Origin: a virus
IMG/VR virus record: IMGVR_UViG_3300050581_000221
Strand: one strand, 5' to 3'
DNA: 64,000 nt
Shown here: positions 35,420-44,911 of the stretch, piece after piece
How positions within the stretch are numbered: position 1 is the stretch's first letter
How the letters are laid out: each line of letters opens with the position of its first letter
Notes under the pieces: model-generated
The model's input: only the letters and a program-made list of their open reading frames with translations
Told to the model about the DNA's origin: nothing
The model's database searches: none
Made by a program: the position numbers and the translations under genes

Positions 35420-38086
35420 TCACGGCTTGCTCCCTTCCGTCGCCTTGAGGGTCAGATTGGAAACATAGGTCTTGTGGTAGTTTCCGTTGAACTTCTGATG
35501 TCGAACGGGCAAGTCCCGCCCCACACGGACTTTTGACCAGGCCCCCTTCTCGCTGGCATGGTCCGGAGCGTCGAGCCAGTTCTGGAAGCGGTCGTAGAAC
35601 TCGGAAAAGAGGGTGTGCTGACCGGGCGTCCGTTTGCAGCACTCCGCGATGAACCGCTCCAAGGATGTTTGGTTCGCTTCCTCGGCCTCCCGCTTGCTGG
35701 CCGTGGTGACGACCGGCAGCCGCAGCCGGTCGATCATGGGCGGCAGCTCCATGTGCATGATCGTGTAGAGAAAGTGCGGGGCCTCCTGGTCGAGAAACAT
35801 CTCCATTTTCGGCTTGGCAATCTTCTGTTCCTCCAGGAGATCGCCGACGCAGACGGCCGTAATTCGGGTGTCGCCGGGGAAAACGGGGCAGTTCTCCCGC
35901 TTGTTGGCCGTCTGGACCCAGTGAGTTGTGTTGGGCTGCTCGAACCGATCGTGACGCATCTTGCGGATCGGGATAGTCCGGCCAGTGACGTACTCCTTGA
36001 TCCTGGCCAGAGCACCGGGGGCCTTGGAGATGTCCTTTTCTTCCACGGCGCAAATGACCGCCCCGGAAAGTTCGCCGTTGAATTCGCTGGTCAAGGCACC
36101 GTCCGCTTTCACCACGCCCTTGGTGACCAGCCGCCCGAGAGACTCGTAGAAGATGCTCTTGCCGCTGTCTTCGGGGCCGAAGAAGAAGAGATAAGGAAGC
36201 GGCTGGAAAGGGTCGCGGAAGGCACAGGCCACCCAGGCGCGGAGATAATCGGCTCCGCTCCTGATCTTTGCCTCGATGGCCCAAGGCAGCTCTCGCAGCA
36301 CGGGCGTCAATTCGTGGCCGATGTGCTCGAAGATCATGTCCCAGTGCGGGTGACAGGGAACCTCGTCGTCGCCGAGTTCGGCGGGCTTGAACCTGAACTG
36401 GGCCGCGTCGAGATTCCACTGCCGGCCGCCGGGGTACTCTTCGCGGAAGGGAAGAGTGACCAGTCGCCAACCGCGTCCGGCGGCCTTCCCCATGATGGCT
36501 TCCGCTTCGTTTTTCGCATGGTCCAGACTTTGCAGCAGCATCTTGACGTTGGAGGCCGGATGGCGGACCCATTCCTTCTCCTCTTTTATCATCCACCCTG
36601 AGTGCTCGGCGGCGGTCGTCTTTACGGCGCGGATGATGCCGTCGTACTGGTTGAAATCGAGCGTGTCGTCCTGCTCAGGGTCCGTCCTGACGGTGAAAAT
36701 CTTGACGTACTTCCCCTTCTTGTTGTCCCAGCCTTCCATTGCCGGGTCGTTCTTGTCTCGCTCAATTTCCGTCACAAGCCGGCCGTCCTTGTGGGCCTTG
36801 AGCGTCACCTTGCGCCCTTCCGGCGTGCCGTCCAGCTTGAGTTCTTCGCCCAGACTCCTTGCGGCCTTGATCGCCTCCTCGGCGGAGGAGAAGACGTAAC
36901 CGCCCTGCTCCCGTTCCACGCCGCCGAACAGCCGGCAGGCCGTCTTCAGGTCCGGGTAGCGATTGAAGTAGCAGGTCGTCCACCCCTGGCCGTCTTGGGT
37001 CCAGGTGTCCGCCTCGGGCGTGCCGGGCGAGAAGCGGTAAACCCGCCACGCGCCGCTGGGCAGCGGGAAGAGGAAGCAGTTGGGCGTGCCTAGATCGCGG
37101 CCTTCGGAGATCGTCTTGAAAACGCCGGCCAGCTTGAGCGCCCTTGCCTCGGCGCCTTCCATCAGGTCCCGCAGGGCGACGGTGTGGGTCTGCAAGAGAT
37201 GGTGGTCGGCCACCCAGAGCGTCGTCGCGCTGGATCGCATGAGCGCTTCGATCTGGGCCTTGTGGCTGTCGTCCAAGGGGATGATCTTCCGGCTGGACGC
37301 CAGGGCCTCGAAGGGATCTACGTGGTCTTCGGCCACCTCGTTGATGCGTACTTTCGCGCGGCGGCCCTTGACCACTTCGATATGGTCCCGCCAGTTGGCC
37401 GGTAGATCGGCCGCTCCGAGCCGCTTGGCGGCCGGCTTGATGATTTCCAGGCCGCGATTTTCGGCCGACATCTTGCGGTGCCAAATCCACATGACGTGGC
37501 CGCAGGCGTCGATGGCGCTGGCGAAGTCGAAACCGCACTCGGCCGACATCATCCCCAGAATGCAGCGGGCCAGCGCGGCGTGCTCGGTGTGATTGGCGGT
37601 AGGAATGCCGGCATCGTCGAGATAGACGTAGAGGTGGACGCCGCCCCCGCCCGTGCTCCGCCGGACTTCGACGTAGGGCAGAGCGCAGGCGGCTTGCTTG
37701 ACTTTCTCCAAATCCTTTTCTTCGATGCCGACGCCTTGGGCATGGCCGGTCAAGGCGTCGAAATCGTAACCGAAGTGGCGCGAGAGGCGGGCTTGCCAAT
37801 CCCAACCGGTCATGCCAACGCCCTCGGCGTGCAGAGCCAATGGGAAGCCGATCTGGTAATCGGTGAACGTCGGGTCCGTGGCCGCGTTCTTCGGCACCCG
37901 GATGTTGAACCACTCGTTGATCCCATCGGACCAGGTGGAGCGTTTGCCGGCTACCGATTCGCCATCGCCGGGGGCCACGTTCACCTGGGTCTCCATGCCG
38001 ATCGCCCACCGATCAATCAGGTCGGCGTTGGCCGGCGTCTTCCGGGCGTGGAGGAAGCTGGAGAGCGACTGGCTTACTAGGGGCAT
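35420..38086 (-). CDS. Bifunctional primase-polymerase / SF3 (D5/P4-alpha-like) helicase
   Basis: N-terminal prim-pol-like region (GGGVHLYVYLDD); C-terminal Walker A FFFGPEDSGKSIF and Walker B AVICAVEE of phage/plasmid primase P4-type helicases; start at the Met of MPLVSQ (the upstream extension to 38326 runs into the palindrome). Confidence 0.7.
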   Translation of the reverse strand: MPLVSQSLSSFLHARKTPANADLIDRWAIGMETQVNVAPGDGESVAGKRSTWSDGINEWFNIRVPKNAATDPTFTDYQIGFPLALHAEGVGMTGWDWQARLSRHFGYDFDALTGHAQGVGIEEKDLEKVKQAACALPYVEVRRSTGGGGVHLYVYLDDAGIPTANHTEHAALARCILGMMSAECGFDFASAIDACGHVMWIWHRKMSAENRGLEIIKPAAKRLGAADLPANWRDHIEVVKGRRAKVRINEVAEDHVDPFEALASSRKIIPLDDSHKAQIEALMRSSATTLWVADHHLLQTHTVALRDLMEGAEARALKLAGVFKTISEGRDLGTPNCFLFPLPSGAWRVYRFSPGTPEADTWTQDGQGWTTCYFNRYPDLKTACRLFGGVEREQGGYVFSSAEEAIKAARSLGEELKLDGTPEGRKVTLKAHKDGRLVTEIERDKNDPAMEGWDNKKGKYVKIFTVRTDPEQDDTLDFNQYDGIIRAVKTTAAEHSGWMIKEEKEWVRHPASNVKMLLQSLDHAKNEAEAIMGKAAGRGWRLVTLPFREEYPGGRQWNLDAAQFRFKPAELGDDEVPCHPHWDMIFEHIGHELTPVLRELPWAIEAKIRSGADYLRAWVACAFRDPFQPLPYLFFFGPEDSGKSIFYESLGRLVTKGVVKADGALTSEFNGELSGAVICAVEEKDISKAPGALARIKEYVTGRTIPIRKMRHDRFEQPNTTHWVQTANKRENCPVFPGDTRITAVCVGDLLEEQKIAKPKMEMFLDQEAPHFLYTIMHMELPPMIDRLRLPVVTTASKREAEEANQTSLERFIAECCKRTPGQHTLFSEFYDRFQNWLDAPDHASEKGAWSKVRVGRDLPVRHQKFNGNYHKTYVSNLTLKATEGSKP

Positions 38087-38162
38087 GGCATTTCTCTGAC
38101 GCCGCGTCGGTCGATCCGGTGAGCGTATAAACGCTTTGCGCCGCGCCGCGCATACGCGCCTG

Positions 38163-38256
38163 CGCTGACACCTACAAATGGCCCCAGAAATGCGCCGATT
38201 TTCAGAAGAAGTTCTGAAAAACGCGGCGTTTTTGGGGCCATTTGTAGGTGTCAGCG
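38163..38256. repeat. 94-bp nested palindrome in the divergent intergenic region (candidate origin/operator)
   Basis: Perfect 24-bp arms cgctgacacctacaaatggcccca (38163-38186) / tggggccatttgtaggtgtcagcg (38233-38256); inner palindrome tttcagaa-gaag-ttctgaaa (38200-38219). Confidence 0.8.
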
Positions 38257-38273
38257 TAAACGCGGATGCAACG

Positions 38274-39203
38274 ATGCCCGACCCGCTGCCCGACGAGTTC
38301 CGCCAGATTCCCCTGGACCAGATCATCGAGCCGTGGGTTGTCCTGCGGATCGTGGACCGTGAGTCCGTCGACTATCTGGAGTTGCGCGACTCGCTGGCGG
38401 TGGTCGGTCCTCTCAACTCGATCTGCGTGCGGCCGTCCGTGCGGCGGCCGGGTCGCTACGAGGTGGTGGACGGTCTTTATCGCTATACGGCCGCCTGCGA
38501 ACTGCGCTTGCTCTCGCTGCCCTGCATCGTGAAGCACAACCTTACGGACGGCGACGTGTTGGCGCTTCAGATTCAGGCCAACGCCGTGCGTCCCGAGACG
38601 ACGGCGCTGGAATACGCGCGGCAGATCAGGCGGATCATGGATGCGATCACGGCCCGTCAAGGAACGGACGCCACCTTGGCCGACGTGAGCAACTTGGTCC
38701 ACAAGAGCCCCGAATGGATCGGCGACCAACTCCGGCTGCTCAGCCTGCGGCCGGATATCCAGAAGGCCGTGGAACGCGGCGAGATACCGCTGAAATCGGC
38801 CTACACGCTGGCCAGGTTGCCAAGGATTCAGCAATCGCAGCTTGTGGAACTGGCAAAGACCGCCCCGGCGCAGGAGTTCGTTCCTGTGGCGGCGCGGCTA
38901 GTCAAGCAGATTCAAGAGGCGGCCCGACAAGGCAAACTGCACGACCTCTGCAAGGACTTCGAGCCGGTGCCGCACCTGCGGCCCTTGAAGGAAGTGCTTG
39001 CCGAATACCGCGCGCACCAGCTTGGCGGCCTAGCGATCGTGAAGGCCAACTGCAAGACCGCGGCCGACGGCTGGTACTTGGCCCTGGAGTGGGCGCTGAA
39101 CCTGGACGAGGAAAGCGTCCGCGCACAACGCGAGAGAGTCCTGGCGCGAACCCGCGCGAATCTACTGCAACGGAGGAGAGAGCCATGTGACGACAACGAG
39201 TGA
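38274..39203 (+). CDS. ParB/Srx-like nuclease domain protein
   Basis: IPLDQIIEPWVVLR...ELRDSLAVVGPLNSICVRP...RYEVVDGLYRYTAA resembles the ParB N-terminal domain; start moved to ATG 38274 because the track start at 38178 lies inside the palindrome. Confidence 0.55.
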   Translation: MPDPLPDEFRQIPLDQIIEPWVVLRIVDRESVDYLELRDSLAVVGPLNSICVRPSVRRPGRYEVVDGLYRYTAACELRLLSLPCIVKHNLTDGDVLALQIQANAVRPETTALEYARQIRRIMDAITARQGTDATLADVSNLVHKSPEWIGDQLRLLSLRPDIQKAVERGEIPLKSAYTLARLPRIQQSQLVELAKTAPAQEFVPVAARLVKQIQEAARQGKLHDLCKDFEPVPHLRPLKEVLAEYRAHQLGGLAIVKANCKTAADGWYLALEWALNLDEESVRAQRERVLARTRANLLQRRREPCDDNE

Positions 39204-39257
39204 ACCACCTTCTCGAAGCCAGAATCCTGAACCCTGAACCCAACAACGAGGAAAACA

Positions 39258-39998
39258 ATGTCCGACACCACTGCAATGGTCCCCCTCAATCTCGACCAGC
39301 TTCCCTCCACCCAGATCGGCACCGACGACCAGTTCGCGGAACTGGCCAAGGGCGGCGACTACATCGGCCGGATGCAGCTCTACACGAAGTCCAAGGCCAA
39401 CATGAAGGGCCTCATTCCGCAGGGCCACTACGGCATCCCCGAATCCGATGAGGAGATCATCGACCTGGGGCCATCCGCAGACGTGCTCCCGCTGGCCCGC
39501 CGGCCCAAGGCCATCGACATGACCGACATGGAGGCCCTGGTCATTTCCTACGACATGGAATCGGAGGAATTCAAGCGGATCGCCGCCAAATCCGCCGAAG
39601 CCGATTCCCACTGCCAGTACGGCCCCTCGTTCCTCGTCTACGAACGCTCCACCGGCCGGTTCCTGGAGTTCTTCTGCGGCAACAAGTCGAGCCGCATCGA
39701 AGCCAAGAAGATCTTTCCCTTCCTGCCGCTTACGCAGGCGGACATCGACGCCAAGGCCGCGGCCGGCAATCCGGTCGGCGACCTGAAGCCGCACGGCCCG
39801 ATCCCTGTCACCCTGAAGGTGAAAGTGGCCGAGAACCGCAAGGGCACTTGGCACGTCCCCGTGGTGGTGATGTGCTCCACGCCATTCACCCGGCTGCCCT
39901 CTGACGACGTGATCCGGCGGGAGATCGTCAAGTTTCTCGCCGTCAAGGACAACGGCGTCGAGAAAGTCCAGGACAGCAAGCCGGCCCGCGCCCGGTAG
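39258..39998 (+). CDS. Hypothetical protein (246 aa), possibly DNA-binding
   Basis: Good RBS context; followed by a strong terminator. Confidence 0.4.
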   Translation: MSDTTAMVPLNLDQLPSTQIGTDDQFAELAKGGDYIGRMQLYTKSKANMKGLIPQGHYGIPESDEEIIDLGPSADVLPLARRPKAIDMTDMEALVISYDMESEEFKRIAAKSAEADSHCQYGPSFLVYERSTGRFLEFFCGNKSSRIEAKKIFPFLPLTQADIDAKAAAGNPVGDLKPHGPIPVTLKVKVAENRKGTWHVPVVVMCSTPFTRLPSDDVIRREIVKFLAVKDNGVEKVQDSKPARAR

Positions 39999-40011
39999 TC
40001 TCCTCTTCGGC

Positions 40012-40052
40012 CGAGGGCGGCGATAGGGACCGCCCTCGGCTTTCCTTATTCC
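40012..40052 (+). terminator. Rho-independent terminator
   Basis: ccgagggcgg-cgatagggac-ccgccctcgg followed by ctttccttattcc. Confidence 0.55.
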
Positions 40053-40110
40053 ACTTGGCCTCGACTGGGCTGTCGGTGAAGGGGATTCAGCAAGCAGGGT
40101 TTACCGAGCC

Positions 40111-40638
40111 ATGATGCCCGACGCTGTGCTCATTCAGGTTCCATCCATCGACTTTCGCACCTTCATCGGCCTCAGCCATAAGGTGCTGGGCCGCTCGCCG
40201 GCTGCGCCTTCCGACGCCTGCCGTCGCGAATTGTCGGATGCCGAGCGGTTCCTGAGCTGCCTGGCAGCGATGCGCGACGAACGGGCACCTGTGGGACTTT
40301 CGCCCCATCTCTTGAGGCACGTCTCGTTCAGCGCCTTCATCGGGGCCGACGAGCGGGACATGCTCGACATCCTCCAGCTTTGCGCGGGGATGCCGTTCGT
40401 AGTGGTCGAAACGGTTGTGCGAAGCGTGCAGGCCGCCGTCGTCACCGGCACCCTCTCCCAATGGCGGGATGCAGTAGTTTCCGGCTGTAACAGAAGCGTT
40501 GAATCTACCGTCCGGCACTGCTTCAACAAGCTCCACGGTCTGTTCACGGCCGCCGGCCTCAACGTCTGGGGCGACTATACCCCTCGCAGCGCACCGGACC
40601 AGACCTTCCTGCTCTTGGAAGACAAAAGGGGCCGGTAG
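40111..40638 (+). CDS. Hypothetical protein (175 aa)
   Basis: ORF with strong GC3 codon bias between the terminator and the methyltransferase gene. Confidence 0.35.
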   Translation: MMPDAVLIQVPSIDFRTFIGLSHKVLGRSPAAPSDACRRELSDAERFLSCLAAMRDERAPVGLSPHLLRHVSFSAFIGADERDMLDILQLCAGMPFVVVETVVRSVQAAVVTGTLSQWRDAVVSGCNRSVESTVRHCFNKLHGLFTAAGLNVWGDYTPRSAPDQTFLLLEDKRGR

Positions 40639-40710
40639 CACTCCAGATTCGCGCCGCGTTCCGGTCCTATCTAAGTGGCGAGTGTCACACCTGTCGCTCA
40701 CTCCACTACC

Positions 40711-41901
40711 ATGCAACCCTTCTTCGAGCAAGACAACCTGAGCCTGTATTGCGGCGATCTCCGCGAGATCCTGCCGACGCTGCCCGAGGCGTCGGTGGAC
40801 TTCGTGGTCACGGACCCGCCCTACGGGATCGGCTTCATGGAGAAGGACTGGGACCATGAGGTTCCCGGACCCGAGTATTGGCGGGCCATCGCCCGCGTGT
40901 GCAAGCCTGGAGCACTGCTCCTGGCCTTTGGTGGCACGCGGACTTATCACCACTTGACCTGCGCGATCGAGGAAGCCGGCTGGGAGATTCGGGACTGCCT
41001 CATGTGGCTCTACGGGCAAGGGATGCCCAAGTGCGGCGACATCGGCAAGCTGATTGATAAGTCGAAGGGCGCGGAGCGCCAAGTCATCGGCGACAAGCTG
41101 GATCGCCCCGGCTACCACCTGCACGAAGGCAAGGGAAATGGGTGCTATGGCGGCGGCAATGGACTTCATGCTCCCGGGACAGATGCTCGGGTTCGCGCCG
41201 CGCAGATAACGGCTCCTGCCACTCCCGAGGCCGCGCGATGGACCGGCTGGGCGATGGCCCTGAAGCCGGCGTGGGAACCAATCGTCCTTGCGATGACGCC
41301 GCTGGACGGCACGATAGCCCACAATGCACTGACTTGGGGCGTAGCGGGGATGAACATCGAGGCGAGCCGCATCGGCAGCGAAAGCACGGTGCGCGTCCGC
41401 GGGGACAGCCTGACGGACGCCGGCTGGGCCAGTACGAAACGCTCGCCCGTGGGCGGATCGGAGTGCGGACGCTGGCCGGCGAATCTGGTGCTGGATGAAG
41501 AGGCCGCCGCCGAACTGGACGCTCAAACCGGCACGCTCACCAGCGGAACCAACTGCGTCCGCACCAAGTCCGGCGACGGCTACCACGGCCGCATAGGCAA
41601 GGCGGGCGACGTTCAAGTGAGCTACGGCGACTCCGGCGGGGCAAGCCGGTTCTTCTATTGTCCTAAAGCGGCAAGGAACGATCGCGGGCCGGGCAATGAC
41701 CACCCGACCGTCAAGCCCCTGGCCCTCATGGAATACCTGTTGACGCTGCTTTCGACACCGGACGGCGGCGTGATTCTCGACCCGTTCGCAGGCAGCGGGA
41801 CCACGCTCTTGGCCGCCAAGCGGCTCGGCCGCCGCTCGATCGGCGTCGAATTGACCGAGCACAACTGCGAGATTGCGCGAGGAAGATTGCATGTCGCTTG
41901 A
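40711..41901 (+). CDS. DNA methyltransferase, N6-adenine/N4-cytosine type (beta class)
   Basis: Motif IV VVTDPPYGIGFMEKDWD near the N-terminus and motif I DPFAGSGTTLLAA near the C-terminus; paralogue of the genes at 55583 and 59462. Confidence 0.75.
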   Translation: MQPFFEQDNLSLYCGDLREILPTLPEASVDFVVTDPPYGIGFMEKDWDHEVPGPEYWRAIARVCKPGALLLAFGGTRTYHHLTCAIEEAGWEIRDCLMWLYGQGMPKCGDIGKLIDKSKGAERQVIGDKLDRPGYHLHEGKGNGCYGGGNGLHAPGTDARVRAAQITAPATPEAARWTGWAMALKPAWEPIVLAMTPLDGTIAHNALTWGVAGMNIEASRIGSESTVRVRGDSLTDAGWASTKRSPVGGSECGRWPANLVLDEEAAAELDAQTGTLTSGTNCVRTKSGDGYHGRIGKAGDVQVSYGDSGGASRFFYCPKAARNDRGPGNDHPTVKPLALMEYLLTLLSTPDGGVILDPFAGSGTTLLAAKRLGRRSIGVELTEHNCEIARGRLHVA

Positions 41902-43927
41902 AGCCGTCAAGATCGAAGCTCAGACATCCAGCGGCACGCGCATTCGCGTCCCGGTTCTGTTGGAAAGGAAAGACGGCCGCATCTACTTTTGGGACGGGAA
42001 GGTCGGCACGAAGACACGCTACGGCCTGATGGCGGAAGTCAAGGCCATGCGCGGCGCACGCTTCCACGGCTACGACGACGAGGGCGAGTACGCTCGTGTC
42101 AAGGTGTGGTCCGTGGACGACTGCCAGCGGAACCGCCTCCAGATCGGCTACCTCTGTGGCGAAGACGGTTACGCCTGGTTCGACCGGCCGCTGGCGCGCC
42201 ACGAGTACCGGCCCCTGGCGCGCGGCGGCGCGCCGCAGAAATTCATGCCGCACCAGGCGGACATGGCCGACGCCGGCTTGACGTACCACTACCAGATATT
42301 TGGGGCGGAAATGGGCACGGGCAAGACCCTGGCCGCCCAGATGGTCATCGAGAAGTCGGGCGTCGATCTGGTGTGGTGGGCGGGGCCGAAGACGAGTATC
42401 CCCAACATCAAGCGCGAGTTCAAGCTGTGGGGCTTCCCCTTCGACTGCATCCAGGTGGAATTCTTCACCTACGAGGGCCTGGTCCGCGTGATGGACGAGT
42501 GGGACGGCTCCCAGAGCTTGCCCCGGTTCTTTGTGGCCGACGAATCGAGTCGGTGTAAGAACGCCACCACGCATCGCTCCAAAGCCTGCCAGAAGCTCGC
42601 GGACATGATCCGCGAGAAGTACGGCCTCGACGGCTACGTGATCCTCATGTCCGGCACGCCGTCGCCCAAAACGCCTGTCGACTGGTGGAGCCAGTGCGAG
42701 ATCGCCTGGCCTGGTTTCCTCAAGGAAGGCGGGCCAAGGGCGATGGAAGAGCGGCTGGCTTTCATGGCCCAGCAGGAGTACGACGGCCAGAAGTTCAAGA
42801 AACGGATCGGTTGGAAAGACGACGAGCGGAAGTGCGCCGAGTGCGGCGAAACCTTCGAGGAAGGGCCGCACGATTTGGATGGCGTGACCGACCCGGACGA
42901 CTATCACCGGTTCGTCGCGAGCGCCAACGAAGTCTCGTACCTCTATGAACGGCTCAAAGGGCTGGTCGTCGTCAAACACAAGAAGGATTGTCTGCAACTG
43001 CCCGAGAAGCGATACCGCAAAGTCATTTGCAGGCCCACTGCCAGCATTCTGCGCGTGGCGGAGGCGATCGTCCAAGCGGCCCCCAACGCCGTAACGGGCA
43101 TGACTCTGCTGCGGGAACTGAGCGACGGGTTCCAGTACCGCGAACAGCAAAACGGCGTGACGGCCTGCACGCACTGCATGGACGGCACGATCGCCGAGTG
43201 GCTGGACCCTGATGATCCGCAGGCCCGCTATCAGGCCATCGACATGCTGGGTCCAGACTTGATGGCCCGACTGGTCAAACAGACCGTCCCCTGTCCGGCG
43301 TGCGGTGGCAAGCAGGAAGTCCCACGGACGGTCCGCATCGCGCGGGAGGTTCCCTGCCCGAAGGATGCCGCGCTGAAGATGCTCTTGGACGAGAACGAGG
43401 AGGTCGGGCGGCTGGTGATCTTCGCTGGCTTCACTGGCTCGGTGGATCGCATCGTCAAGCTGTGCCTCAAGGAGAAATGGGACGTGGTGCGTTGCGATCA
43501 GGGGAACTTCCAGGTATTCCGCGCCAAGAGTGACAGCTCGGAGGGTGCGTTGGCTACGGAAGAGGAGCCGTTGGATTACTGGGCGAACTTGGAAGGGCAC
43601 GGCAAGGTTGCTTTCGTGGCCAATCCCGAGTCGGGCGGTATGAGCCTGACGCTGGTAGAGGCCCGCATGGCGGTCTACTGGTCCAACTCGTGGAAGCCTG
43701 AGTACCGCGTGCAGAGCGAGGATCGCATCCATCGCAAGGGCATGGACGAGAACCTGGGCTGCACCATCGTGGACCTGATCCATCTGCCGAGCGACGAGCG
43801 CGTGTTGGACGTGATTCGCGCCAACCGGAAGCTGGAACTGATGACGATGGGCGAAATCCTCCAGGGCGTCGATTGGAAGGATGCCGGCGAGGAGGGCGAG
43901 ATGTCCGTGGAAGAAGTGACACCGTGA
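41891..43927 (+). CDS. SNF2-family helicase with Cys-rich insertions
   Basis: Walker A GTGKT, DExx box VADESSRCKN, C-terminal helicase motifs ANPESGGMSLTLVEAR...YWSNSW and QSEDRIHRKG; several CxxC pairs; the start overlaps the MTase stop. Confidence 0.7.
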   Translation: MSLEAVKIEAQTSSGTRIRVPVLLERKDGRIYFWDGKVGTKTRYGLMAEVKAMRGARFHGYDDEGEYARVKVWSVDDCQRNRLQIGYLCGEDGYAWFDRPLARHEYRPLARGGAPQKFMPHQADMADAGLTYHYQIFGAEMGTGKTLAAQMVIEKSGVDLVWWAGPKTSIPNIKREFKLWGFPFDCIQVEFFTYEGLVRVMDEWDGSQSLPRFFVADESSRCKNATTHRSKACQKLADMIREKYGLDGYVILMSGTPSPKTPVDWWSQCEIAWPGFLKEGGPRAMEERLAFMAQQEYDGQKFKKRIGWKDDERKCAECGETFEEGPHDLDGVTDPDDYHRFVASANEVSYLYERLKGLVVVKHKKDCLQLPEKRYRKVICRPTASILRVAEAIVQAAPNAVTGMTLLRELSDGFQYREQQNGVTACTHCMDGTIAEWLDPDDPQARYQAIDMLGPDLMARLVKQTVPCPACGGKQEVPRTVRIAREVPCPKDAALKMLLDENEEVGRLVIFAGFTGSVDRIVKLCLKEKWDVVRCDQGNFQVFRAKSDSSEGALATEEEPLDYWANLEGHGKVAFVANPESGGMSLTLVEARMAVYWSNSWKPEYRVQSEDRIHRKGMDENLGCTIVDLIHLPSDERVLDVIRANRKLELMTMGEILQGVDWKDAGEEGEMSVEEVTP

Positions 43928-44077
43928 GACTGTACAACCGCGCGGGGCGTCGGTCCTCTTGAGGCTGTCCATCCCTTTCTGCCCCTTGCTTTGCCTCTTG
44001 CGACCGACAGCACTTGAGCCGGGCGGCGGCGGGCAGCGCCGTCCGGCCTCTCTAACCTGTGGCATGACGACAGGCGT

Positions 44078-44911
44078 GTGGATCAACGTACCCTCTACAA
44101 CCTCAGCCTTTGTACCGGCGGCGCAGGTCTCGACCTGGGGCTCGGGCTCGCGCTCGGAAGCGTTCGCACCGTCTGTTGTGTGGAACACGAGGCGGCTGTC
44201 ATCGAAATCCTGGCTGAGGCAATGGAAGCGGGTTGCCTGGATGAAGCTCCTATTTGGACGAGTGTGCAATCCTTCGACGGCCGAGCTTGGCGTGGAGTCG
44301 TGGATACGCTCACTGCGGGCTACCCGTGCCAGCCATTCAGCAAGGCTGGGCGACGCCGTGGGCGCGATGATCCTCGCCACCTTTGGCCGCACGTGCATCG
44401 AATCATTGGCGAGGCTTAACCCGGCCTCGTGTTTCTCGAAAACGTGCCCGCGCATCTCAGCCTTGGATTCAGAGAGGTCATCAAAGACCTGGCGGGGCTG
44501 GGTTACGAGATTGCGGCAGGACTGTTCACGGCGGCAGAGGTTGGCTCAAGCCAAGGGAGGCAACGGCTTTTCGCACTCGCGGTGGCCGACGCCGACTGTC
44601 CACGATTATCGGACGCCCAACAGCGCCTATTCACAGAATCACCGGAAGCGGGACTGGTGCAAGGGGCAGCAACTCAGCAACTATGTCGCCCACTATTTCC
44701 GCCCGGACCCGAAAGCCCCTACTGGGAGCGAGAAGCGGACAACGCATTTGCCCCGGCTCAATCCACGGTTCGTCTGCTGGCTGATGGGCTGGCCCGAGAT
44801 CGCGCCCATTGGCTCCGGCTTCTCGGCAACGGCGTGGTCCCTTTGGCGGCGGCGTATGCGTTCTGCTCTCTGTGCGGTTCTTTGTGGAGCGGTCAAGAGG
44901 AAACACTATGA
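44078..44911 (+). pseudogene. Disrupted C5-cytosine DNA methyltransferase (dcm-like): in-frame TAA plus an internal +1/-1 frame excursion
   Basis: Motif I LSLCTGGAGLDLG and motif IV GYPCQPFSKAG (frame 2); TAA at 44417-44419; motif VI FLENVP and motif VIII QGRQRLFALAV (frame 2); WPTPT and motif IX-like RLNPRFVCWLMGWPE only in frame 0; motif X LGNGVVPLAAAYAF back in frame 2. Confidence 0.55.

Noticed and set aside
35238-36596. 452-aa minus-strand ORF in another frame of the primase-helicase gene
   Set aside because: Alternative-frame artefact overlapping a gene that has clear Walker motifs.
38178-38273. Upstream start for the ParB-like gene
   Set aside because: This N-terminal extension is encoded by the 94-bp palindrome itself; ATG 38274 is more plausible.
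38087-38326. Upstream extension of the primase-helicase ORF
   Set aside because: It runs through the divergent regulatory or palindromic region and encodes low-complexity RRR/SGSG sequence; the Met at 38086 is preferred.
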